NCBI GenBank assembly: GCA_002633005.1
Contig: NMRA01000341.1
Span: 2,001-66,000, forward strand
DNA from: Phoronis australis
Taxonomy: Eukaryota; Animalia; Phoronida
Length of the DNA: 64,000 bases
Direction: 5' to 3'
Under the pieces are notes generated by a model that searched no databases, was not told where the DNA came from, and worked only from the letters and a program-made list of their open reading frames with translations. This document shows, in pieces, positions 50,501 through 61,304 of this stretch (position 1 is the stretch's first letter; the number at the start of each line of letters is the position of its first letter). The position numbers and the translations under genes are program-made.

Positions 50501-53500
50501 TATTGTTGGGTGGGACAGCATACATTTTTAAGAATTCTATTCGTTGATGAGGAATTCAAATTTTCGATTCCATTCCTGTGTGCCACAGTAATCAATATTT
50601 TTCTCAACCACAAATGCTTACACTGTAGCTTACCACGGTACCAATTTTAGCAAATTCGTTATGAAAAAGTCAACAGGGTCAACCTTTTATTTCTTTTCAT
50701 GTCAGATTTTCCTCTAAGAAAATGAAAGTGTCAATTTTTTGGTGACAATCACGACGATGTTCCCTGATACTGAATGTTAAATATATATAATACTCTCCAA
50801 CAGATACAAATAAGTCGTTACCTTATAAAACAGCCAATGGCGAAAATTGGAACCAATGATCGAATCAAAATGGGCGCTAACGTATCCATGTCGAAATTCG
50901 TCGCTCCCACGTTGCGATTCCATTACAATTCAGTAAGTCGTCACATCCTTAAAATGACGTCTTTTCAGACTTTCCGTCGTATAAAAACGCTTGCGTATTA
51001 GATCTTCATTGAGATTCGTGTGCCGCAAGTGCAGTTGAGTGCGAAGGCAATAGAAACTTTGTGTTCTACACAAAATACCCATAGGATTTACTCCAATCCA
51101 TGCCATTGTTTTGCAGCTTACGAAGGGCCCAAAAGCACCACAGAAGATGGTCTGGAGATGTCACTCGGTGTCAATCACGTTGGTCATTTCTTGCTTACGA
51201 GGTTGTTGTTGCCGAAGTTACGAATGTCATCTCCCAGTCGAATAATTGTTGTGTCCTCCGACATCTATTCAAAGGTAGACATTTTGATTCGTGATGCTAG
51301 TAGATACCTGTACCGACTGTTGCATTCGAAATTGAGTGGGGTTCTCAGTCAGTTGAAAATACAACTGTTGAAAGTAAACGTGGAAGTCTACTGAATAACA
51401 CCGTTGATATCAGCGGAAGTAAGCGTGAAAGTCTATTGAAGAACACCGTTAGCGGAAGTATGATACTCTCATCATTTTACTTAAAGTTAAAGGAATTTAT
51501 TAAACAAATTTTAATACAAACTGATTTCACATGCCCTATTCCTAACGCGCTCTTTCGACACGACAACATAACATTTGTCAGATTTTAATGGTTACTTTTT
51601 GGGTTGTTCATTGGTGCACCGTGCAAAATGTCGTTGCTGACTGGCACGTTGAATTTCATATTTTATAAATAGAAATGGTGCGTTAATTTGCGAGATGTTC
51701 CCTTTCTATTGGCATCTAAGTCATCAGATTTCGGCAGATTGGTGAAAACAACGTATTTTTGGCGCTTTTAAGAGGTAGTCTATATAGAAACCAGTAGATT
51801 TTCAAAAATCAGTCTATACGTCAAAATTCAAAACAACTTCATTTTTTGTACATGGACAGGTATCCTAACAAAACTCGTCTAAATGCCACATTTTGTGCAC
51901 TCAAAGACCCTTATTTTGCCGCTGGAGCACTATCATTTTAGCCGTCTCCAAAACCGTATGTTTTCAGCAACTTACAAAATAGATTGAAAGTTGCACTTTG
52001 GTGGCTGGAATAAGAAATGTATACTGTAAATAATTATTTGGCATTTACTCAAATTTGACGGCTTTGTGCTAGACGAGGGAGATAATCCACAGACCACTTT
52101 CCCTAGCTAATTTTAGTGGCCGTTTTTGTGACCCTCTTACTGCTATATTGCACTTTGTAGCTTTATGTAATTTTTTGAGCCTACAGCCAAAGAGTAAATC
52201 GTGATGACTGACCAAAAATATTTTGCCTTAACTTTACATTTACTGAAAATGTCTTGTATAACTGTCGATTTTGGAAATGATGAGCATAAAGTTTACAGAC
52301 AAATTGAACAAAATTTTGATCAGGAAATATGTTTTAAATTGTTAGCAAAGTCAAGTTTAAGTTCTTTCAAATAAAAACAAGTTGTTTTCTGGACGTATTA
52401 CGCGACCAGAATCAAAACTGAACCCCATGACCTTTGTCTAGTGAGTCAGTTGACATTTGGTTTGAGGATATATAAAAACTTGTACATGTAACCCTGTTGT
52501 TTTCTTTCATTATCATTTGTTTGACAATTGCAGGTCAATTAAATGGAACTATATTAAACCCTAGACGAAGCCCGCATGCCAGTCACAATTTATGTACATA
52601 TTTTTTGTAATAAGCAATAATCATCAGTGTGGCTTTGAGAGAATGGTAATTAGTAGTGTTGTCTGCTTTTTCTCTAAAATACAAGCTTTTTACGTGGTTT
52701 TTGCAAGCTAATTACACGTTTCAAGGGCCCCTTATTGGTGGTTGAGGCAACTGAGAAAAGTCAAATAGGACGAAGTGCAGTTCGTGTAATACTCCGTTAG
52801 CAAAAACTACGCGAGAGACAAAATTCTTTACTTTAGGTTATGAAGAGGTTAGGAATGACTAAACAAATTATTATCAGGTCAGTTTTTGAAAAGGTACAAT
52901 ATGGTTGCTACAGAGTGCCAAATTTGGCCGAAAATGGCTTCAGTGTAAACCTGCAATAGCCGTTTTTGCCACACAAAATCAAAATTGACAAATTAGAAAA
53001 TTTTTTTGAAAGTTATGCCATTAAATTATTCAGTCATAGTCCTTCAAAATCGTATCATTCATTTGTTATCAGCTTGCTATACATGCTTGTAAAATACATT
53101 TAAACATTTCTACTTCGGCGCCCAATTTTGCATTATTAAGGTACATGTCCTAAAAAGAGAAATAATAGATGGAAATTTTTAAAAAGCCAAATTTTTTTAC
53201 ATCTCACCAAACCAAACTCATGTGCTAAGTTGGTTTTTATATGGAAACACTCTTAACAACTTTTCCTTGTTTTCCAAATTAATACGGAGTGCTACCAGAC
53301 AGGACGATTTGTGTCAGCAGAAGTTGTTCAGTTGCTTTCAAAACGTCATTTCGTCATATTTTTGGTAGCAATACTCGGAAATTTGAAATATGAAGCGTTG
53401 TTGGAGCAAAATAAACAGGTTCGGGGGGCTTTACTCTTTATTGACATAATATGTTGCGGTAGTAGGAGGCGTGATAGCAGTAGTAGTAGTAGGTAAACTG

Positions 53501-56500
53501 AAAGAACCAAAAAAAACATGTTCAAGCTCACATGTTGCATAGGGCTCTACCATGTATATACAGTAACATTTAGGAGGACAACGCCCAAGTAAAATGATAA
53601 CTGGCAAAGGGTATACATTAATGACAAGCGTTCAAAACATTAAGTACACCTGAGAGAACATGAAAAACTAACATACTAATGAATGCAAATAAACTGTATT
53701 GTAAGAAACATGAGTACTTACGCCAATATCGCCCCAAGTCCAACCAAAATTCCGAAGAAACTAATTATGTACATTGACGTTTATCCACCATAAAACGTTT
53801 GTGGAATGGCGTTCAAATAGAGCGGTACCAGAATAAATAGTCAGAGAGAGCGACATCTGGCGCAAGAACTNTAGCTTTATGTAATTTTTTGAGCCTACAG
53901 CTAAAGAGTAAATCGTGATGACTGACCAAAAATATTTTGCCTTAACTTTACATTTAGTGAAAATGTCTTGCAAAACTGTCGATTTTGGAAATGATGAGCA
54001 TAAAGTTTACAGACAAATTCAGTGAACAAAATTTTGATCAGGAAATATGTTTTAAATTGTTAGAAAAGTCAAGTTTTTGTTCTTTCAAATGAAAACAAGT
54101 TGTTTTCTGGACGTATTACGCGATCAGAATCAAAACTGAACCCCAAGTCCAGTGAGTCGGTTGACATTTGGTTTGAGGATATATAAAAACTTGTACATGT
54201 AACCCTGTTGTTTTCTTTCATTATCATTTGTTTGACAATTGCAGGTCAATTAAATGGAACTACATTGAATCCCTTTCAAGTTTGAATGTGTAAGAATTGT
54301 TATTTGTAAAGACTGGTTTTGAGGCCATTATGTTCTTCAAGACAAAATGAAGAATGAAGGCCATTTTTGTTCGTTTAGAGAGTTTTTATCAAGCACGTGC
54401 AATCATAATAGCTTTGTGGCTTACCCAAGTCATGCTAAAGACACTTCAGAACATCTCATGAGATATAAGGTACCGCATAAATCAATGCCAGTGGCAGAGT
54501 ACGAGCTCGTACTAGCCATGATAGGTAAATTTGTGACTGAGCAGGACCAGTCGTGGAGTCAAATCATATGCGACGTTCACCGAAGAGAATTGGGTCCCGG
54601 TTTTCACCCAAGCAGAAAGTGACGTTGCCCTGAACACCTAAGACCTTTCAGAAGAAAACACTGAGCGAGGTATTTGACTTCAACATTTCACGGTGGATAT
54701 TGGCTCAGTTTGGACAGGCTCAGAATTGATACCACCCGGGACCTTCGACTTCAAGAGCTACAAGATCAAGTGTCACAATTGGAGTTAAATGACCCGGCCA
54801 ACTTTGCTTTCCTAGTGCCTTCCATATACATGTGTGTTTGTTGTTAAAGTGAAATGACAGTAGTCAGTCCAATGGCGTAGCGAGCCCATCCTTGCCCCCC
54901 GTCGACACTCATTCAAGTGGCGCCCCCACCCCTGGTTGGTAGCTGTGTAACGCCTCCACCCAGATAGCAGATGTCTGATTGCCCCCTTGGACGACACTTG
55001 TTTAGGGCCCCACCCCCTTCGGCAAGCGCCCGACGTCATCTGACCGCCCTTGCTACGGCCCAGAGTCAGTCACTCGGTATGTCGGCTATGGAGTCCAGAC
55101 CGTTGTGTTACCAAAAGGTCTATCATCAACTGGGTCATTAAAAATTGTCATGCAGGAATTGTTTTCTCTTCACCTTGGGTGTATGCCTTTTCATACTGTT
55201 AATGATAGCGATGTCAGAAATATTCAACGTTCGGGTGGCCAGCGATCGGTGTGGAGATTAAAATTCATAGCAACCTGCGGGGACATTACAATATGAACGC
55301 AAAATTACAATGAGTTTTGACGAAGTCGAAGAATGTTTTGCACTGAACAGGGGGCCATAACCCCCTTAGGTGCCTGCCTTCCTACGCCAGTGGCTCTCAC
55401 AAGGAAGCTGAGAAACACGAGTAAGGCAGGCGTGCGTTCAGTATACGCTAGGACCTACGCTAGGACCTAGCTAAAACCTAGTCAAAGTCACGTGTTCTAA
55501 TTTAAAATGCACGGCAATATCTCACGTAATCTCGCGAAGTCTTGCTTTTTAGCGAGGTCCTAGCGTTACTGAACGGGAGGCAGGTTCGGCTGGTAGTTGC
55601 GTCCACAGTCTCCATGTAAACAAACATCGGCGCCATCTATCATCTAGACGAAGCCCGCATGCCAGTCACAATTTATGTACATATATTTGGTAATAAGCAA
55701 TAATCATCAGTGTGGCTTTGAGAGAATGGTAATTAGTAGTGTTGTGTGCTTTTTCTCGAAAATACAAGCTTTTTACGTGGTTTTTGCAAGCTAATTAAGG
55801 GCCCCTTATTGGTGGTTGAGGCAACTGAGAAAAGTCAAATAGGACGAAGTGCAGTTCGTGTAATACTCCGTTAGCAAAAACTACGCGAGAGACAAAATTC
55901 TTTACTTTAGGTTATGAAGAGGTTAGGAATGACTAAACAAATTATTATCAGGTCAGTTTTTGAAAAGGTACAATATGGCTGCTACAGAGTGCCAAATTTG
56001 GCCGAAAATGGCTTCAGTGTAAACCTGCAATAGCCGTTTTTGCCACACAAAATCAAAATTGACAAATTAGAAAAATTTTTTGAAAGTTATGCCATTGAAT
56101 TATTCAGTCATAGTCCTTCAAAATCGTATCAATCATTTGTTATCAGCTTGCTATACATGCTTGTAAAATACATTCAAACATTTCTACTTCGGCGCCCAAT
56201 TTTGCATTATTGAGGTACATGTCCTAAAAAGAGAAATAATAGATGGAAATTTTTAAAAAGACAAATTTTATTACATCTCACCAAACCAAACTCATGTGCT
56301 AAGTCTCAAAAATGTGATTTTGGTTATAGACTCTACCTGTTGGTTTTTATATGGAGGCACTCTTTTAACAACTTTTCCTTGTTTTCCAAAGTAATACGGA
56401 GTGCTACCAGACAGGACGATTTGTGTCAGCAGAAGTTGTTCAGTTGCTTTCAAAACGTCATTTCGTCATATTTTTGGTAGCAATATTCGGAAATTTGAAA

Positions 56501-59500
56501 TATGAAGCGTAATATGCTAAAACGCCAATGTTACAAGGAATTTGTCAGCAACAGAACGCAGTCCACCGTAGTAATTCATCTTCAACCGTGTTGAATCACA
56601 GTGTAATATTAAACTGAGCTAAGAACTACGCCTTAACTAAAGACGCTTGTAGTTCGGAGCTCCTATTCTTTACCGTACGCTAATAACCGTATACCAGAGC
56701 GCAGTGTTCAGTAGTTTCTTGATATTACCCGTTAGGGTCCTGCCACGTCAAGTTAGCCTCAATTTGGGAATGGATGGAAACGTCAAGATAAGCCAAACAA
56801 ATGCGTGGGTTGCGACTCACCATGCAATCGGGTTCACACTATCATTGTAAGAAGTGTCTCCAACCTTAATTCGGTTCCTTCTCAGCTGAGAACTTTGTGT
56901 TAAAATTATTGAGGACAAAGTGAGAACAAGTCTGTATTTTGCACTGCAGGGGCACCTGGACCTGAACAACTTGAAAAATGACGGATACCCGGATATTTAC
57001 ATGGCCTACGCTAGAAGCAAACTGGCTAATATCTATTTTACTTCGGAGCTCCACCGCCGGTACAGTAAAGACGGGGTTACCTCGTACGCAGTGCATCCCG
57101 GTAAGAGGAGCTTTACTATATATGTGCAAGGCAAATAGTGGTTATACATGGTTCCACATCGTTTTACGCACGTGCTGTCCTGTAAAACTTTACGAATTAT
57201 CCAGTGCTAATATTTGATTTCACGGATACGTCCTCATTGTACCTGTGATCCGCTGTTCTGTTCCGTGAAGTAGGCCTATTGAACCTCTGCGGCACACGTC
57301 ACAGTATTTGCCGTAGATCAGCCGTTGTGGTCCGTTAAATATTGTACCTACATTGTTTCTAAAATACATTAGTCTATTTACAACAACTTCTAGGCTCACA
57401 CAACCTCTAGTCTCACACCAACTTCTAGTCTTACACCAACCTCTAGTCTCATACCAACCACTAGTCTTTCATCAAGCTCTAGCTCCACACCAATCACACT
57501 AACATATAGTCTCACACCATCCTCTAGTTTCACACCAACCTCTAATCTCACACGAAATTCTAGGCTCACAGCAACCTCTAGTCTCACACCAACCTCTAGT
57601 CTCGGACTAACCTCTAGTCTTACATCAACTTATAGTCTAACAACAACCTCTAGTCTCACACCAACCTCTAGTCTTACAGCAACTTCTAGTCTACACGAAC
57701 ATCTAAGCTCACACCAACTTCTAGTCTCACACCAACCTCTAGTCACACCAACGTATAGTCTCACACCAACCTCTAGTCTTACACCAACCTCTAGTCTCAC
57801 ACCAACCTCTAGTCTTACACCAACCTCTAGTCTCACACCAACCTCTAGTCTCACACCAACCTCAGGTCTCACACCAACCTCTCGTCTCGCACCAAACTAT
57901 AGTCTCACACCAAACTCTAGCGCTCAACCTACCTCTGGTCTCATACCAACCTATAGTCTCAGATCAACTTCTAGTCTCACACCAACCGCTATTCTTACAC
58001 CAACGTCTAGTCTCTCAACAACAGAGGTCTCGGTCCTTATCTGCTTACTAGTGCTGTGTCCGTCTTTTTACGTCTTTTATGTTAAAAATTATAAGTTAAT
58101 CCACTCAAAGATGTAAAATTGGTCTCAGCTGGTACTTTACATCAGATTTGATTTAAAATAATTGTTTACCTTTGTAGGAACTGATGAATTTATGCTTAAA
58201 ACAGAGCTCGATATTCACCTCACATTCAAGAAAAAGTCAAAACTTAGGTGACAGTGTCATTTAATTTATGTTCTTGCAGGTGTCACATCTACAGCTCTTT
58301 ACAGAGTTTTTCCTGGACTGATAGGAATTCTATTACGTTCTTTCGGAAAATTCATGTTTAAAAGTGCCGAGCAAGGTTGCCAAACGGTTGTGTTTTGCGC
58401 TGTTGCTAGAGGAATCGAGAAGCACTCTGGGAAGTTCTTCGTCGAGTGCCACACACGCGAGCTCGTGCAACACGTCATCGATGCGTTGAATCAAGGGGAT
58501 GGAGAAAAACTGTGGACCATCAGTGAAACTATGTGCCAAAAATATATTTCACCATGGGAAGGTACAAGTGAGAATATTCAGAAAAAACAGGATGATAAGA
58601 AGATGGTTGATGGTCGTGTCGTGTCTGTCAACAAATCGGGAGCAGACATCAACCCATTCATCGAAACCAAGGGTACCGCTGATCAACGAAAAGTAGTGGG
58701 GGCGACAGGAAATGGTGATAAATCGGAGGTAAAGATTGAACACGAAGAGAGCGAGGTTGTGAATGAGGGTAAGCCCAGCATACCTGCTATTTCGGTGACT
58801 TCAAATGTAGAGGTACGAGTGGACCAGGAAAATGCCGTGCCTCCAGAAACGTGTATTTCAAACGCTAGCGAATTTGATACTGNAACCGCTATTCATACAC
58901 CAACGTCTAGTCTCTCAACAACAGAGGTCTCGGTCCTTGTCTGCTTACTAGTGCTGTGTCCGTCTTTGGACATCTTTTATGTTAAAAATTATAAGTTAAT
59001 CCACTCAAAGATGTAAAATTGGTCTCAGCTGGTACTTTACATCAGATTTGATTTGAAATAATTGTTTACCTTTGTAGAAACTGATGAATTTATGCTTAAA
59101 ACAGAGCTCGATATTCACCTCACATTCAAGAAAAAGTCGAAACTTAGGTGACAGTGTCATTTAATTTATGTTCTTACAGGTGTCACATCTACAGCTCTTT
59201 ACAGAGTTTTTCCTGGACTCATAGGAATTCTGTTACGTTCTTTCGGAAAATTCATGTTTAAAAGTGCCGAGCAAGGTTGCCAAACGGTTGTGTTCTGCGC
59301 TGTTGCTAGAGGAATCGAGAAGCACTCTGGGAAGTTCTTCGTCGAGTGCCACACACGCGAGCTCGTGCAACACGTCATCGATGCGTTGAATCAAGGGGAT
59401 GGAGAAAAACTGTGGACCATCAGTGAAACTATGTGCCAAAAATATATTTCACCATGGGAAGGCACAAGTGAGAATATTCAGAAAAAACAGGATGATAAGA

Positions 59501-59892
59501 AGATGGTTGATGGTCGTGTCATGTCTGTCAACAAATCGGGAGCAGACATCAACCCATTCATCGAAACCAAGGGTACCGCTGATCAACGAAAAGTAGTGGG
59601 GGCGACAGGAAATGGTGATAAATCGGAGGTAAAGGTTGAACACGAAGAGAGCGAGGTTGTGAATGAGGGTAAGCCCAGCATACCTGCTATTTCGGTGACT
59701 TCAAATGTAGAGGTACGAGTGGACCAGGAAAATGCCGTGCCTCCAGAAACGTGTATTTCAAACGCTAGCGAATTTGATACTGTAACTGATAGCGATGACT
59801 TGAGTGAGGGGGAAGATGATTGTGAAGAGGGGGGAGGAGAGATAGAAAAACTGGCTGCAAAAGATTCTGATATCTTCAATACAGAGATGTGA
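32467..59892 (+). CDS. Retinol dehydrogenase 11/12/13/14-like NADP(H)-dependent SDR, 462 aa; exons 32467-32590, 49740-49982, 51117-51274, 56950-57100, 59180-59892
   Basis: Phase-consistent GT-AG exons; hydrophobic N-terminal anchor, VITGASSGIG, ILACRD, LDLA, LDILINNA, T.DG.E...GVNH.GHFLLT.LLL, VVSS, catalytic YARSK, VHPG, KSAEQG.QT.V.CA. Exact orthologue cannot be assigned without a phylogeny. Confidence 0.93.
33375..33974. mobile_element. Probable non-autonomous Kolobok-type element
   Basis: ttaa/aggggttcgac ... gtcgataacct/ttaa: TTAA flanks and imperfect AGG...CCT TIR. Confidence 0.45.
34129..34497. repeat. 47-bp tandem repeat, about 8 copies
   Basis: aatgaacacatcattcaaaacaagctaaatatgcataaccattatta. 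Confidence 0.95.
35305..35467. mobile_element. Short GC-rich MITE (CA.TGGCGGA...TCCGCCCCTG); related fragment at 27720-27810
   Basis: Imperfect TIR; shared atttggcagtt.ggg.gtgcgaa and gggcaaaatcct core. Confidence 0.5.
36369..38039 (+). mobile_element. Kolobok-like DNA transposon derivative with THAP-domain remnant
   Basis: TTAA on both sides; TIR gggagaatgccaccc versus reverse complement aggagcatgccaccc (13/15); FLLP..SEMLKKWL...HLRVCGL at about 36590-36712. Confidence 0.7.
39010..41120 (+). mobile_element. Decayed Ty3/Gypsy pol (RT, RNase H, integrase)
   Basis: DVFQERMD...IVDD..L (RT); YSNIERELLA, ETDHKP*, SPRLQRLLLR (RNase H); QGHLG, VVADYHSKFP, GPQYNSKEF, QSNGFAERM (integrase); many stops and frameshifts. 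Confidence 0.93.
41253..41361. repeat. 34-bp tandem repeat, about 3 copies
   Basis: tcgtttggtcactgttatggcacacatgggccta. Confidence 0.9.
41867..42053. mobile_element. MITE with about 28-bp imperfect TIR
   Basis: agggtcagcacagacggatagtttcgag versus reverse complement agggctagcgcagacggacagctacgag. Confidence 0.65.
42600..42850 (-). mobile_element. Possible LINE APE-endonuclease N-terminal remnant
   Basis: FNLSTWYVK (resembles TWNV.G) followed after a frameshift by DLYLQEH* (resembles D...LQE). Confidence 0.35.
43440..44531 (+). mobile_element. Penelope-like retroelement: N-terminal domain, gap where RT is expected, GIY-YIG endonuclease, pseudo-LTR
   Basis: FLKNC..LGVFPKFL; VYKFICAGCGSSYIGET.RHL.TR..EH...REALHI...KPNLN; 12-bp direct repeat ttctgcagtttt at both ends; N gap 43880-44071. 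Confidence 0.92.
44443..44490 (+). ncRNA. Minimal type I hammerhead ribozyme
   Basis: gactt-CTGAGGA-t-ggtgt(ttaataaatg)acacc-GAAA-catg-TC-aagtt: intact core, stems I and II pair, predicted cleavage after GUC at 44485. Confidence 0.85.
45815..46520. repeat. Degenerate ~15-bp minisatellite (tattgtgcactatat)
   Basis: Directly visible. Confidence 0.85.
46521..47795. repeat. About 42-bp minisatellite (gtgtctgacctgttgaatagttgtgttggttttattatattgt)
   Basis: About 30 diverged copies. Confidence 0.93.
48035..49443. repeat. 31-bp hairpin-forming minisatellite (gcactaatgagccatgcactctcaatgcatg), about 45 copies
   Basis: Directly visible; each unit contains gccatgca-N7-tgcatggc. Confidence 0.96.
49740..49982 (+). 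CDS. RDH-like coding exon 2 (GASSGIGKATAFELAKRGG...LDILINNA)
   Basis: ctttag acceptor, gtgatt donor, Rossmann-fold motifs. Confidence 0.95.
51117..51274 (+). CDS. RDH-like coding exon 3 (AYEGPKSTTEDGLEMSLGVNHVGHFLLT...VVSSDIYSK)
   Basis: ttttgcag acceptor, aag/gtagac donor, catalytic Asn and Ser. Confidence 0.93.
55435..55575. mobile_element. Small foldback MITE
   Basis: cgttcagta.acgctaggacct.cgcta ... tagcgaggtcctagcgttactgaacg inverted arms. Confidence 0.6.
56950..57100 (+). CDS. RDH-like coding exon 4 (GHLDLNNL...MAYARSKLANIYFT...VHP)
   Basis: ctgcag acceptor, gtaaga donor, YxxxK catalytic motif. Confidence 0.95.
57380..58020. repeat. 18-bp minisatellite (ctctagtctcacaccaac)
   Basis: Directly visible; explains the (EVGVRL)n ORFs. 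Confidence 0.95.
58280..58882 (+). CDS. Truncated duplicate (probable other haplotype) of RDH-like terminal exon
   Basis: 57984-58882 is repeated at 58884-59782 with only scattered substitutions, separated by a single n at 58883. Confidence 0.7.
59180..59892 (+). CDS. RDH-like terminal coding exon 5 with acidic C-terminal extension
   Basis: ttcttacag acceptor, GVTST...KSAEQGCQTVVFCAV...GKFF...LWTISE, TGA ending at 59892. Confidence 0.9.
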
Positions 59893-61182
59893 GTTGTACT
59901 GCCCGAAGCTTACAAGCATTTTGCCAGTGGATCGAATTCGATTCTCGCTTACCTAGATTAGAAATTTGTCGTGATTATTAAATTTAGCAGCTTTGTTCGT
60001 AAATAGTTGGTGAGTATAGTAAATTTGGAAACTTGAGACGGACGTCAGCAAAAATGTTTTGTTCCATTGTGTTGTTCCATTGTGTTGTTCCATTGTGTTT
60101 TCTTAAAAGGACACTGAACCCTGTTTTGATTATTTCAACCAATCCTTGTTGTAACCTGTTAATGCATCATTGGATTCAACTTTGAAGATAAGAGCAGGAA
60201 TCAACTAAAATTTATACCCACTATTTCACAAATTGAACGTTATGCTTGGTGGTCGGCCTTTTACTATAGTTGCTGGGTAATTCGCTAAAAGCGTAGGTCA
60301 CGTTTGCTCGTTAACAAAGTTTGAAAGGAGTTTTCAAATTTTTCTCCAAACTTTTGAGGTTTGTCAGGGAATAGACGGAGCAATAATCGTTTCAAAGAAT
60401 TGGACGGTAAAGTCGTTTTAGTATGTGTCCTTGTAAGTTAGTCGACGGGCTTTATTACAGCTGATAAGCTTAATTTGTACCATGTTTTTAGTTTTAAGTG
60501 CTGCTGAATTGTTATGAATGATTGATTGTGTCTTGTAAGTTTCCGTGAAACCCAGAGCCACGGTCACGTAGCAAATTAGCGAAGTCGAAGGAAAAACAGG
60601 TGTTTTAGAAAATATGGTTCGTTTGAAAATGACAAGACCTAGATAATCATTACACAGTGCTATCCTTCATTAAAGCATGGATTTCATTAACACTTGGTGA
60701 GCAGATCAACTTCATTCTATTAAAAATTAGATTCACTGATTGACAAAAAACATAAAATGGAATGAAGAGAAAAATATGTTGAGCAATGGCTAGGCAATTT
60801 ATTTCGTGATGTCGAGTAAGACACTTATTTCTAGCTTTTAAAAGATGACTCTAGTAAAAATAATGCAGCAGTTAACCGATTGTAACATACAAATAAAACT
60901 CACATTCGCCCGAGTTGCGCGCCTAACGAAAGCTGGTTCATATTTATTGTCAAAACACTGAAATCCTGACAGCGATCGTTGATTGGCTGATATGCATATG
61001 ACGTGGTTGGTGGGTATCGACAGCACCTGGTGGTTGGAACTCTTCGAAAAAGATGTTTTCTAAGAGGAGGGACATCGCATAGTGCAAAGCTTTATATTAG
61101 ATATACAGCTTTGCCCCTATGTGCCTAAAATACTAGACACAAAATCTGTGTCATTAAAAACTATTGTCTTCCTTAAGTAAAT

Positions 61183-61304
61183 ATAGATTATTACATGGCG
61201 AAGTCGTTATTCCCGTTATCTAGAGCCCGTCGGGCGATAATTCTCCAAAATCTACGAGGGCTCTAGATAAGGGGGATAACGACTGAGAACATGTAATAAT
61301 CTAT
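61183..61304. repeat. About 120-bp imperfect palindrome
   Basis: atagattattacatg...agtcgttat...ttatctagagccc paired with gggctctagataa...ataacgact...catgtaataatctat. Confidence 0.9.

Noticed and set aside
58354-59016. Second RDH paralogue or isoform with a hydrophobic C-terminus
   Set aside because: Frame crosses the n at 58883 into duplicated intron sequence; most likely an assembly chimera
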